Shown here: positions 34,401-43,376 of the stretch, one piece after another
How positions within the stretch are numbered: the stretch's first letter is position 1
How the letters are laid out: every line of letters begins with the position of its first letter
Assembly (NCBI RefSeq): GCF_000002075.1
Contig: NW_004797451.1
Span: 961,679-1,025,678 of the forward strand
Length of the DNA stretch: 64,000 nucleotides
Source: Aplysia californica
Lineage: Eukaryota
Direction of reading: 5' to 3'
Translations under genes and position numbers: made by a program
The notes under the pieces: model-generated
Seen by the model: only the letters and a program-made list of their open reading frames with translations
Database searches by the model: none
Told to the model about the DNA's origin: nothing

Positions 34401-36560
34401 TGGAAGGTGAGGACAATTTCAACTGCATTAGGAAGTGAAAAGATGGGATTATCATTGAGAGACACAAAGTGTGCAAGGAGTACAGACCATTTATATCCTT
34501 TTTTCTATTTTAAATTGACAAATGCTGGTAAATGATTATAAACTTAAATGCCAAATCGAGTTCTGTCAACAAAATTGACTGTAAAGTGATCGATGCACTT
34601 TGTCCTATATTCGCTAAATATCATAGGCAAAATCTATTTAAATTTCTTTACGCCTTTTCATGAGGGTTTGTCCCACAAAGACATTGTCCTTTTTTAAGTG
34701 GAATACATAAAATTATATTGAGAGTTTAGCATTTTAGGGTCGTTAACAGCAACGATAGTAGAAAAGAGGGGTAAGAATGTAGCACTGATTCACTTGCAGA
34801 TCTCGAGCAGCCCAGCTGTAATGAAGTATGATCTTTGTCTCTTCGGAAAAATGAAAGACACTAAATGCAGGTCACTTCGATCTGGTGGAAATGGTTACCT
34901 GATAAAAGGCAGTGGAAGATCTTGTCAGTACGTTAGTGGTTGAGTGCTGTAAAACAGCTGAGATCTCGTCTAAGAAAGATCTTGTCAGTTTGTTAATATT
35001 TGAGCACCTGTAAAATGGCAGCTTTCACTGAATGCTTCCCAAGAAGCTTAGAGTGTTTCAGATTGTTCCTGGGTCTGTTGAGGAAATGATAAACTGTAGG
35101 CCTAGTGTAAAGCATATGGCGGCTACTTTCTAGTGAAGATATGTGCTATGTAGGTGCAAACTATTATTATCTAGTATTATATTGTGTTGTAGTTCCCAAC
35201 TCTTCAAAGATATTGACGAAGAGAATGAAATGGCTTCCATCTTTTCTGATAAATGGTGTAACTATTTAGATTTTATTATTGTCAGTAGTTGTTATTTTAT
35301 GTTTGTATTGATAGTTTCGTCAAGAATTTTTATATGTTATCTGTTTTTCTAATAAGTTTTTTCAAGAACTTTTTTGGTACCTATTTTAATATGTATAAAA
35401 CTGTACTCATCTTTGTGTTGAAGTGTAAAAACCCACCAGACTAATTTCTTGTCATGTTTGTGTACTGCGCTCTCCATTCTCTCCCCTGCATGACATGTCT
35501 CTCTCTCAGCTTTCAGTTGCTTCCCTTTGCTGTCCCAAAATGCTGGTGCTCTCTGCATTACAGAGGTTGATGCTGCTTTTTTACCCAGATTTCTTTGAAA
35601 ACAGATTTTTGTATAGAGTCACTGTTTATTGTACTTAAATCTCTTTTACTTTTTGGGGGTTTCTTTGCAGGAGGTTGGAGGGTGCCACTGTCACGTCTTG
35701 TTTCTTAATTTTCCAACTTTTGTTTATGTATCTTACTTTTTCTTTGAACTTACTTGCAGTTAATGCATTTAAGCACTTCTCTTTGCTAAAACGTATCTAT
35801 TTTCAACAACACTAGATGTTTTGTTACTATTTGAAGCTAGATATCATATCGGGGCTGGATTCATATATTTATGAGAAGGGAGGTTTGAGGGTGTCTCTTT
35901 CCTATCCCTCTGTTACCTATGTCTGCTCTCTTACTCTCTCCGTGCACCATATGACTTTGATAATTACTTTCTACTTTCTTATGTTAGATTTAGATATACC
36001 CATTTGAAGGATTTTAACAAAGTAAAATAATTAATAAATTTTATTCACTACCAGTATGTTAATCATAGCCTAATGAAAATACCAATGTGTGCTTATTTTC
36101 ATGAGAACTTGCTGGGAATAGGTCTACAAGATGTAAGAGTTAAAAAAGTGTTTTGCACTATTAATTCCTGTTATCCACAATGAGCAGATTTTGATTTTAT
36201 GTGCTCTAAGTCAATGCTGCTATTTCCTATTATAGTAGACTCAAAATACGTTTGAGTTATACTGACTTTTTCTTGTCATTTTAGAAGGCAGACACACTGG
36301 AGGGTTCGAACTCACCACCGGGGTCAAGTCACATGACCAGCGGGGCAGAAGGTAACGGCGACTCGGGCTATGAGGCAGAGTCAAGGCCAGAGGTCACAGA
36401 GGACGACATCACTCCGGAGACCTTGAACGACGATGACGACCCTGACCATCCTCACAAACTGTTCTCATTCCACGTCCCAGACATTCACATGGACGGCTCG
36501 CCCAACCTCTCCGGGCTCAGCGCTAAAGAAAGGTTGCTGCAGGAGGGCACTAGTGTCTGA
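423..36560 (+). CDS. Axotactin-like / contactin-associated-protein-like neurexin-superfamily type I membrane protein (5'-partial; 30 exons, ~1,535 aa in window)
   Basis: Thirty GT-AG exons join in a consistent phase into LamG(end)-LamG-EGF-FBG-LamG-EGF-LamG-EGF-LamG-stalk-TM-tail ending ..LLQEGTSV*. The fibrinogen-like segment ([33 protein letters not shown]) is typical of CASPR/NrxIV/axotactin. The extra EGF-LamG after the CASPR core fits axotactin architecture. Orthology is inferred from architecture, not from a search. Confidence 0.88.
790..946 (+). CDS. Gene 1 exon (LamG start: LSIEFKMRT)
   Basis: cag|C..GAG|gtactt; phase 2-0. Confidence 0.88.
949..1290 (-). mobile_element. RTE-type LINE 3' fragment
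   Basis: [20 protein letters not shown]-terminal motif followed by a short repeat tail. Confidence 0.7.
1952..2088 (+). CDS. Gene 1 exon (LamG: [11 protein letters not shown])
   Basis: cag|CTG..CCAG|gtgggt; phase 0-2. Confidence 0.88.
2754..2863 (+). CDS. Gene 1 exon (LamG: AKLMVDG..VVLG)
   Basis: cag|C..GAGA|gtgagt; phase 2-1. Confidence 0.85.
3601..3709 (+). CDS. Gene 1 exon (LamG end: [13 protein letters not shown])
   Basis: cag|GA..GACGG|gtatgc; phase 1-2. Confidence 0.88.
4358..4485 (+). CDS. Gene 1 exon (EGF: [34 protein letters not shown])
   Basis: 6-Cys EGF pattern; cag|A..TTTT|gtaagt. Confidence 0.92.
4773..4998 (+). CDS. Gene 1 exon (fibrinogen-like N-part)
   Basis: [23 protein letters not shown]; phase 1-2. 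Confidence 0.92.
5746..5838 (+). CDS. Gene 1 exon (FBG: CEQFIQYQC)
   Basis: tag|G..AA|gtacgc; phase 2-2. Confidence 0.87.
6934..7064 (+). CDS. Gene 1 exon (FBG: [16 protein letters not shown])
   Basis: cag|A..CTCA|gtgagt; phase 2-1. Confidence 0.9.
7411..7545 (+). CDS. Gene 1 exon (FBG end: [15 protein letters not shown])
   Basis: cag|AC..AGCT|gtgagt; phase 1-1. Confidence 0.9.
8241..8441 (+). CDS. Gene 1 exon (LamG: GDLRFNFKT)
   Basis: cag|TG..TCTG|gtaagt. Confidence 0.9.
9237..9462 (+). CDS. Gene 1 exon (LamG: [14 protein letters not shown])
   Basis: cag|CA..CAA|gtgagt. Confidence 0.92.
9969..10073 (+). CDS. Gene 1 exon (LamG end: [12 protein letters not shown])
   Basis: cag|G..GAG|gtaaaa; phase 2-2. 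Confidence 0.9.
10278..10610 (-). mobile_element. Degenerate I-group LINE 3' fragment
   Basis: [25 protein letters not shown] decayed zinc knuckle; (GA)n tail. Confidence 0.55.
11578..11720 (+). CDS. Gene 1 exon (EGF: [28 protein letters not shown])
   Basis: EGF pattern; cag|C..CAGG|gtgagt. Confidence 0.93.
11750..12170 (+). repeat. ~90-bp minisatellite (about 4 copies) derived from the adjacent exon/donor junction
   Basis: GGGACAGCTGTGAACAAGATGAGTCAG recurs at ~90-bp spacing. Confidence 0.9.
12545..12796 (+). CDS. Gene 1 exon (LamG: [15 protein letters not shown])
   Basis: cag|AT..AATG|gtacat. Confidence 0.9.
13325..13480 (+). CDS. Gene 1 exon (LamG: LNDGEWKQV)
   Basis: cag|TG..CAAC|gtaaga. 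Confidence 0.9.
14428..15337 (-). mobile_element. Internally deleted, frameshifted mariner element
   Basis: TA flanks, ~57-bp TIRs (CAAGGGGCACACCAAAAG../..CTTTGGTATGCCCCTCG); minus-strand remnants [36 protein letters not shown]. Confidence 0.92.
15474..15653 (+). CDS. Gene 1 exon (LamG end: [15 protein letters not shown])
   Basis: cag|AG..ACAT|gtacgt; phase 1-1. Confidence 0.85.
16017..16154 (+). CDS. Gene 1 exon (EGF: [27 protein letters not shown])
   Basis: EGF pattern; cag|TG..ATAG|gtatac. Confidence 0.93.
   Translation, partial: WSQTSVRRAATRTPATTTASARSAGETDSSIVTVPTTDSPDTDVK
16690..17035 (-). mobile_element. CORE-type tRNA-SINE family D; other copies at about 55690-56020(-), 1352-1500(+), 23340-23505(+, 3' half)
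   Basis: tRNA head, TGTGTCCTTGGGAAAGGCACTTTAC..AATGGGTACC core, L2-like ..TAAATGCTATTTATT tail. Confidence 0.75.
17568..17730 (+). CDS. Gene 1 exon (last LamG start: ESLTFRFKA)
   Basis: tag|AG..GCA|gtgagt. Confidence 0.88.
17738..17955 (+). repeat. 54-bp minisatellite after exon 17568-17730
   Basis: ATGAT(C/T)A at 17783, 17837, 17891. Confidence 0.85.
18029..18105 (+). CDS. Gene 1 exon ([22 protein letters not shown])
   Basis: cag|G..ATCT|gtgagt; phase 2-1. Confidence 0.87.
18634..18719 (+). CDS. Gene 1 exon ([18 protein letters not shown])
   Basis: cag|AT..AAG|gtcagt; phase 1-0. Confidence 0.88.
20274..20306 (+). CDS. Candidate 33-nt symmetric cassette exon of gene 1 ([11 protein letters not shown])
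   Basis: CTAAC branch site at 20230, pyrimidine tract, ccatcag acceptor, perfect gtaagt donor, phase 0-0 matching the flanking exons, no stop codon. Confidence 0.6.
21130..21465 (+). repeat. Degenerate ~22-bp minisatellite (TAGGTTTAACCCCAGTAGTGA)
   Basis: Directly visible tandem units. Confidence 0.85.
23164..23299 (+). CDS. Gene 1 exon (VDR..IYIGG..NFSGCIS)
   Basis: cag|GTG..TCAA|gtaagt; phase 0-1. Confidence 0.92.
25200..25750 (+). promoter_or_regulatory. CpG-rich candidate internal promoter / alternative first exon of gene 1
   Basis: Local CpG excess in an otherwise CpG-poor gene body, CCGCCC, GA and GT repeats, TCATTC Inr-like motifs at 25627 and 25631, donor-like GCG|gtatgg at 25730/1. 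Confidence 0.5.
26019..26203 (+). CDS. Gene 1 exon (end of last LamG, start of S/T/P-rich stalk)
   Basis: tag|AC..ATG|gtcagt; phase 1-0. Confidence 0.87.
26660..26840 (+). CDS. Gene 1 exon (stalk: DITMPPW..DDITI)
   Basis: cag|GAC..ATCA|gtgaga; phase 0-1. Confidence 0.85.
27779..28090 (+). CDS. Gene 1 exon (TM helix, RRRKKR stop-transfer, QGDYLVKKE)
   Basis: [22 protein letters not shown] then a basic cluster; cag|TC..GGA|gtaaga. Confidence 0.93.
28174..28690 (+). mobile_element. tRNA-SINE family A (~480 bp); second copy 47793-48260 nested in a family-B element
   Basis: A/B-box-like head, shared body, 3' GCGCTCATATGACCTTATGCAGTTGCGAGCG tail. The nested copy is flanked by ACCTCCAAT/ACTTCTAAT. 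Confidence 0.8.
29270..29331 (+). CDS. Gene 1 cytoplasmic exon ([21 protein letters not shown])
   Basis: cag|GG..TAT|gtgagt; phase 1-0 is needed to join its neighbours. Confidence 0.82.
29418..29640 (+). repeat. ~110-bp tandem duplication
   Basis: Two copies of CTCTTTATCTTCTGTTTTTCTC..CAAAACATGCTG. Confidence 0.85.
30413..30536 (+). CDS. Gene 1 cytoplasmic exon ([21 protein letters not shown])
   Basis: tag|CCT..AACG|gtaaaa; phase 0-1. Confidence 0.85.
31541..31635 (+). CDS. Gene 1 cytoplasmic exon (HGEGELEWD)
   Basis: cag|GT..AAT|gtgaga; phase 1-0. Confidence 0.83.
32000..32520 (-). mobile_element. Possible decayed RLE-type (R4/HERO-like) non-LTR fragment
   Basis: Remnants HGR..., QEQ, and ILRVIHW in the expected order, with many stops and frameshifts. 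Confidence 0.3.
33551..33667 (+). CDS. Gene 1 cytoplasmic exon ([24 protein letters not shown])
   Basis: tag|GAA..CAG|gtttgt; 117 nt, phase 0-0. Confidence 0.8.
33892..34143. mobile_element. Foldback MITE, Sola-like
   Basis: GAG..CTC termini, long imperfect TIRs (GAGGAGTCCACGGGAAAAACG / CGTTTTTCCTGTGGACTCCTC), 4-bp TSD AAGT. Confidence 0.8.
36285..36560 (+). CDS. Gene 1 last coding exon ([14 protein letters not shown])
   Basis: NAGNAG acceptor tag|aag; in frame with ORF 36333-36560. Confidence 0.88.
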   Translation, partial: KADTLEGSNSPPGSSHMTSGAEGNGDSGYEAESRPEVTEDDITPETLNDDDDPDHPHKLFSFHVPDIHMDGSPNLSGLSAKERLLQEGTSV

Positions 36561-36564
36561 CACT

Positions 36565-36965
36565 ACAGTGGAGATACGTATCCGCTTATATCCACATACA
36601 TCCACAGTTTTGTGAAAAACTTTCAGGTGGATGTATGTATAAGCTGGTATCCAGGAATATCCACACTTGTGTGAAAAATCTTCAGGTGGCTCTCCTGTCT
36701 GATGCTCTCATGGATATATCTATCCACTTATGTCCACATATATCCACTCTTTTGTGGAAAAAACTCAGATGGATGTATTTATCCACTAGTATTCACAAAT
36801 ATCCACACTTTTAGGAAGACCACTCCGTTGGATATATCCCCTTATATACAGGTATAGCCAAAGTTTTGGAAAGGACACCCCAGTGGATACATGTCCATTT
36901 ATACCCATGTATGTATATATCGACATTTTTGTGGAGAGCACTCATTATATATCCACAGTTCCGTG
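36565..36965 (+). repeat. Degenerate ~57-bp repeat (GTGGA..TATCCAC) directly after the gene 1 stop codon
   Basis: Recurring GTGGAT..ATCCAC..ATATCCAC..TTTGTG(G/A)AAA units. Confidence 0.75.
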
Positions 36966-37448
36966 AAGATCAGTATTAACGGATTTAAAGTGTGTTCTGC
37001 TACTGATTCTCATTTTGTGGCTCTGGATTATAATTGTCAGTGATTTCAGCTGAATTTGGAAATTTGGAGACGGTCGTTATTTGGTTTATTATTGGTTATG
37101 TCAGCTGAATTTTGCGACAAGTCTTTAAAATATTTTCCAAGGAGGAGAGAAGGAAATGGAAATGGGAACCACTGACTGTGCCGAGCAAGACAATTCCTGA
37201 GAGATGAGAGAGAAATACAAAACACTGGAAACCCCAAAGGCAGTGGGGTCCACATGAACTGAAATCTGTGGGACCACCGGATTTTCTTTGGTCAAATGGG
37301 GTTTTCGGTTTGGAGAGGTTGCTCAAAGAGAAGGAAAAGAAACTAAGAATTTTTTTTTTTCCAGTTTGCTGGTGTTTTTGGATCAACCATGTTTGGTTTA
37401 CGGGGACCCCATTGTATATATAGGCAACACCTGAAGAAACACAAGATA

Positions 37449-37891
37449 ATATGTCTCATGACGCGGTGGAATCAGGCGCTTGTCATTTTTGGGGCATGTG
37501 GAGTTGTTGATATCATCTTAAAGGTTATTCATTTGCCTTGCTTTCGATGAAAAGATTATCCATTTATCTTGAATAGAAGTTGAGATATTTGAGATTGAAG
37601 GAGGTGGGGTCGCCTGGTTTCAGAAGTAAAATTAGCGAGAAAATGGCCGGTCAGAGTTTGGTGATTTGCAAAGCATATGAGTCCTTGGACACTGCAAATT
37701 TACATTTCTTGTGCCTTTAATCAACAATTGTCCATAATATCCACATATAAAAGTGTTTTTGAATGGACATACAAGGTGTTGGGCCAAAAAACAAAAATTT
37801 TAAAAAGATTTCCAAACTGACCGAGAAATGCCGATTTCTCAGATTTCAACAATTTGACGAGCGCCTGATTTCACCACGTTGCCTCACCTAT
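37449..37891. mobile_element. 443-bp MITE, copy 1 (in gene 1 3'UTR)
   Basis: ~38-bp TIRs; co-linear with 46931-47373. Confidence 0.85.
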
Positions 37892-39508
37892 AACAATGAT
37901 TCTCTTGTTGTAATCATGGCTGGCATATTGTTGGTCGCCTCTATGCTGCGCCATGTGTTTTTCAGCCAAGGTTGTTGTGTCTTGCTTCAAGGACACACCC
38001 CAGTACCCACCCACGTAAACGCTGTGACACCGACATGTGCTTGACATCATTGTGGGTCTGTGGTTGGTTTGTTACTTTGAGACATTTGTACACTGTAACA
38101 GACATAACCAGGGCAGTTACTGTAATGGAAACTTTTCCTAGCCTTAAGTGTTTTTTTTAATTTTTGGTTGGAACAAATGGCTCCCTTGCATTGATGATTA
38201 ATTTCATCCAAAGTACCCTGAAAATGTTCAATGACTGAGTTCTATCTTATGAAATGTTAATGTCAAGAAGTGTGAAAGAGGTATAAATTTACTCTGTAAG
38301 TGGCATAGGTCTTTGACCACTGAGTGTTTTCAGTGTCTCCTTTTGTACATGTTTACTGGGCCTAATTTACCTGTTGATGCTCGCAAGGGTTCCTTCAGAA
38401 CTAACATTTTAGGACACTCAAGTTCCTTAATCCTTTGAACCCTGAACCTTGATATTTCCCAAGTCCACATCCGTGGACCTCTCAAATATGTGGTTATCCT
38501 CTGATGTACAGTCCACACAGGATGCTGGTTAGTATTCCCCCACCTGATTTAATGGCCCTATGGGTTCAAAGGGTAAATGCAAATGGAGCAAAATCAAGCT
38601 TGGAGAATTTGACAAGGAGATCTTTACAGTCATTACAATAAGAATTAAAGTTGTAACGATGTAGTAAAATAGCCTTTAGAATACGAGGGCTGATGGAACA
38701 GCCATAGTGGAAGGTGCATCCACACATCTCTAGATGGAGAGGGGAGGTATGGCTTTGTGTTATGTAAGCTAAATGATGAGAACAGAACAATACAAGGAAA
38801 ACAAGCAACTCCCAGTTTTGTGGAACCAGCAGTGTGGCAGAAGGAGTGGAAGAGAGAAAGACGAGGTCATTAGTATTTTTTACAGCTATGTGGATTACAT
38901 ACAACACTTACAATAAATACATGTGCAGATATTTCAGCTTGGTTAAAGAACCAAATTGCGACATGCTCAAGATAATATATTTGATTTTTTTTTCCCTCAA
39001 CATAGCTCAAAATAACTTGAGCTTCCATTGAAGAATATTATAGAGCAGGCTTCCTGAAAATGTGCAAATTTTGTTTAATGCCAACAGTTTTGGCTTTACC
39101 TAAGTATTATGAGCTATATTGTAAACAAGGCAACATTCCTTACCTCTGCGCACATGATGGCAGGATCACACAAGAGCTTGCATTCAGACAAAATCAGACA
39201 AAATGTCTTCATTAAGGGTTGGAATCTGTAAGAAACAAGGTAAATTGCCTGGGACTTTATATACATATATGAATATAAAAATATTATATCTTTTTTTTCT
39301 ACTTGTCATATATTATTTTTTTTAATAGTTAAGTTTGTTTGTGGGTTGTTGTTTTTTTTTACTTTAGTCAAACTTTTGCCAGCAATTTCATAACATAATA
39401 TTGTGTTTCTTTGAGCCTATGAATAAATCACTGCCTAAATGAATCATTATTTGCTGAACTTCACACCTTCGCTCATCACATTTTGCCTTTTTCATTAACA
39501 TTCTAGAA

Positions 39509-39877
39509 CAGGCATGGGCAAGCGTATCCAAGTCAGGGGCCAGATTAAGCGATTCTGAATATGTCGTAGGCCAAAGCAGGAGAAATTTAGGTGAAATTGG
39601 GTAAAAGACCCGAACACTCTGAAGAGAGAGTAAAACTGGTACTGTAGCTTAGCCTTTATCTCTCCAGGACATTTCATGAGGTAAGACATTAGATCTATTG
39701 CTACCAGCTGGGTCTGAACATTGTAATATTAATATTCAAGATGGACAGTTTTGTTTTCATTAATTATAAACTCACTGTTGGCCACATTCATTATTGATTA
39801 CAAGGTTGAATCATGGGCTCAACTGAAATTGCTCTAGGGCCAGATCTGGCCCGTGGACCAAAGTTTGCTTATGCCTG
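39509..39877. mobile_element. hAT (Charlie-type) MITE
   Basis: CAGGCATGGGCAA..TTGCTTATGCCTG termini; 8-bp TSD TTCTAGAA/TTTTAGAA. Confidence 0.8.
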
Positions 39878-42187
39878 TTTTAGAAGTTTTTGAGTAAGAT
39901 AGTCCGAGACAGCTTTACTGGAAGTCTCATGGTCTATGGAAGTATAAACAGAAAACTGAACATACTTGCTGTGAGCGTAGCATAAGGTTTTTGCTTTCTT
40001 GTGTCTGGACCCACCAAACTGATACCTTGTCACAAGTTCCTCAATCTACATGTATTGTAATAAACTCGAAGGGCTTAAGGGCTGTGGGAAAGAGTAGGTT
40101 GTCTTGGAGGTTCAAACTTCCCTACCTCCCTATAATAGACGACTTTTTCTCAAAATGTTCGGTAACCAAGTGGTTTGGTGCTCCTTCAACACAGTTTTGT
40201 CTTTGAAACCGTAGAGATTGAGAATTTTGTGATGATCCCAACTTTGTAGACAAATGGACAAGTAGACGAATAGAAAAATAAACAGTATAGATTGTAAATG
40301 AAGTAATCAGCTTTTTCTACTTTTTCAAACTTTTAGGACATGTCATTTTTGTCTCAAAACCCTTCATGAGTACCTGAGTTGTTTGTGACTTGAATTGTTC
40401 GATTGTTATTTCCTGTCTCATGTTGATTTCCTGCCGTCAGTAGTTACACCTATTGTTTAAACGCTGAAATCTCTTTACATGAAGAGGTGCCTCTGCCTTA
40501 TTGAATCCTCTGTTTGAATTTGTTGTGCCGTTTGGAGGGAAAAACCTAGCACTAGAGAATCTCAATAAAACTGACTTTTTAAACGATTTGCATCAAGATA
40601 AAAGTTCCCACATCTTTCTATCTTAGTATGGTATCGATTTCTTTCATTTCTATATACAAACGTTTCTGAAACTGAACAATTTGGACAGAAATTATTGCTC
40701 TTGAAATTTTTATTCTCAATTTGTCACAAAACTTGATGCAGTTATAAAGTACTAGGTTTTTCACTTCAAATGGCATCATTGTCCTCGGCTGCTGAACAAT
40801 CAAAGTCTTGCATTGAGCTTTCTCTGTGCTATGAAGGTTGTGGCTCATCTCACTTCCATCAATAATGTGAAACATTTGATCAATAGCGGTTCTTCTCTTC
40901 ACAATGTCTGCCCTCTTCCCTTCTTACTTCATTCAACTTGGAATGAACTGAGCCAGTGAATGCTGTCTTCATTAAATACTGTTCAGACAATGCTTTAAAA
41001 AGGGTATATTATAATGTCACCAATTTGTTTCTTCATATTAAATGTTCAGATGTGTACCACAATTATTGTTCTCTCAGAGAGTAGCAGTGTGGCTTGAGAA
41101 GGCAACGGCCAGAATGTGTATAGTGTTTGATGACAGTATCGGAGAATTCCTCTGTCTGTTGCTTTGTTAGTATTAGTATTTGATTCTTACACACGGGTGT
41201 TCAGTTTGTACAAAATTGTTTGACCGATATCTTTATTGGTTCTTTCGTTATTGCAAGATGATTGTTTCTCATTCCTGTTTGCTTTTATAGAGTTTGACTA
41301 GATTTGCATGAAGTTGTATGTATAAATGTATTAGTGATGACTATTTGTCTTAGTCTCCAGTGCTATAAAGGAGTTGAGAGTTTGAGAAGTACATAATCAT
41401 GATAAAAAACAAGTGAAGAAACATAGTCAGACTAAAGCAATACTCAAGACCTGTTCTAAACTAGACATAATAAATTAAGACCCTAATGGAAAAATGGCCA
41501 AAGTCATATTTTCAAGTTTTGATATTTTAAAACAAAATTTCAGTGTACAAAACAAACTGGACAATTTGCTATAGAGCCATCTTTCAAAAAGTGTCTCTAA
41601 CTTGCACCTTTTGTTTAGTTTAATGTTTCGGAGTGAAATTTGGAAGTAGAGCACGTGGTGAAGACGATAATTCAATAACTCTGAGTTTGTGACTTTGATC
41701 ATTTTTTTTTTCCAATGTGGTCTTTAAATGCATTTATTGTTGTGAAATAAACCAACATGAGCTAGTTCTGCATAGACCTAGTGTTGCTTGAAGCTAGCGC
41801 ACAATTTATCATTCCACATATGACTAAGTTCAGCATCTACTTCCTTAATCAACTTTGTGTTGTTGTCATGTATGGAATAAGTTCTCTGGAAATTCCGTGA
41901 TGTGATGACCATTTTGTACATAAGTCTTCATTCCGTTGTCCGTACAAACAATCTATGTTATGATTCTGTGACTGGTCCATCGTTGTAGTATTGGTAATGA
42001 AATCCAAACATAAACCACCTACAAAGAGTATTTGTTCACGCTAGTCCTGAAGGTGGGCTAACCTGTTTAGAGGTTGGCGGACCTTTGTGAAGGCCAAGAC
42101 GCAAAATTTATTTGGCTTTAGCAATGGTATATTGGAGTTTGAGTAGACACTTTGGGCTTTTGACCAACTTAATGTACAAATTGTGTC

Positions 42188-42193
42188 AATAAA
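42188..42193 (+). terminator. Probable distal poly(A) signal of gene 1 (implies ~5.6 kb 3'UTR)
   Basis: AATAAA preceded by TGTA elements and followed by a GT/T-rich tract. Other AATAAA hexamers lie upstream (e.g. 40564), so the site is uncertain. Confidence 0.45.
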
Positions 42194-42489
42194 GTGCCTC
42201 TATGTTATATTGTATATTCTGTTTGTAATGAAATGTCCTTCAGTATGGAATCAAGAAGTTGAAATATTACTCTATGACATATAACTTAACACTTACAAAA
42301 CTTAACTTAACTCAGTGAAGTATAGGCACAATGCTGACAGTTGGCAAACAGGATGGGAGTGCAGAGAGGAGAAGTAGAATTGTCAAAATTGGAAATGTGT
42401 TTACATCTCTATCAACACACTTTATATCATTTAGCAGTTAGACTGCTTCAATCCTGAGTGGGATGTACTCATCATCCTGGCAGAAAGAC

Positions 42490-42740
42490 GGAGATACCCA
42501 ATAAAATACTATCCCATGTGGGAATTGAGATGGAGATACCCAATAAAATACTAGCCCAAGTGGGAATTGAGATGGAGATACCCAATAAAATACTATCCCA
42601 TGTGGGAATTGAGATGGAGATACCCAATAAAATACTATCCCATGTGGGAATTGAGATGGAGATACCCAATAAAATACTATCCCATGTGGGAATTGAGATG
42701 GAGATACCCAATAAAATACTAGCCCAAGTGGGAATTGAAC
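42490..42740 (+). repeat. 42-bp minisatellite x6 inside a family-C SINE
   Basis: GGAGATACCCAATAAAATACTA(T/G)CCCA(T/A)GTGGGAATTGA; variant order A-B-A-A-A-B. Confidence 0.92.
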
Positions 42741-43170
42741 TCATGCCTTTTGTGTGGCATGGAGAAGGAGAGTTGAGGGAGGGGGGGGGGAATCAAAATT
42801 GTGAGGGGAGTTCATTGTAGCAGTTTTCCAATTTTGTATTGGGGAAAGAACTGTCAATGTTATTCCACAATCTCCAAAATTCATTTCTGGGGGTGTCCAG
42901 ATAAAACTGTTATGCTAATAAATACATCAAAGGGCTTCGTACTTCATCGTTTCATTGTGCTTCGTTGTTTCTTTACAAATTTTAATTGAAAAATAATGAG
43001 TGGCCAAATGATGATTCTGATTTGGGCACTCCTTTTTACTATTTTCTCTAAACTTTAAAAAGTTGACTTATGCACTTGTAATATGACACGGACAGAATGT
43101 TGGTCAGAAGCTCATATGTTACCTTCTTCTGACATCTTAGAACAAATGTTGTGACGATCTGCTTATCATT

Positions 43171-43376
43171 GGTGTCTGTGGTGTAGTGGTTAGGCACTCC
43201 ACTGTCGCACACAGGAAACCCAAGTTCGATTACCGAGTGGGAAGAAATTTTTGTTGAGTATATCAATCTTTCTGATGGGATGTTTATCCCCCTCAGCTCG
43301 GGTTGGCCCTGATGGGCGGAGTCAGAAGCCTGCCTCTTAAATGATCTAAATTGTGTCGATGAGGGCATAAAAACAC
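43171..43376 (+). mobile_element. tRNA(Asp-like)-SINE family C; other copies at about 40-255(-), 10670-10880(-), 22930-23075(-), 42410-42770(-), 43776-43890, 48725-48930, 50056-50262, 56678-56850
   Basis: TGGTGTAGTGG A box, GTTCGATT B box, CTGTCAC/CTGTCGC anticodon arm, shared tail AATGATCTAAATTGTGTCGATG. Confidence 0.8.

Noticed and set aside
35480-35690. UGC-rich acceptor-like sites (ttacag|AG, ttgcag|GAG) as further microexons
   Set aside because: Donors are weak (gttgat, gttgga, gtgcca) or the lengths break frame; not supportable without reads.
36281-36288. NAGNAG acceptor at the last exon of gene 1
   Set aside because: Real but common; it would only add or remove one Lys.
42490-42740. 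Regular 42-bp repeat (and the 90-bp repeat at 11750-12170) as a CRISPR array or repeat-protein ORF
   Set aside because: Units are head-to-tail with no unique spacers, there are no cas genes and the context is eukaryotic. The ORFs arise because 42 and 90 are multiples of 3.
43171-43250. tRNA genes (also 43776, 50056, 28174, 47793)
   Set aside because: These are degenerate tRNA-like heads fused to shared SINE bodies and tails, with no intact cloverleaf.
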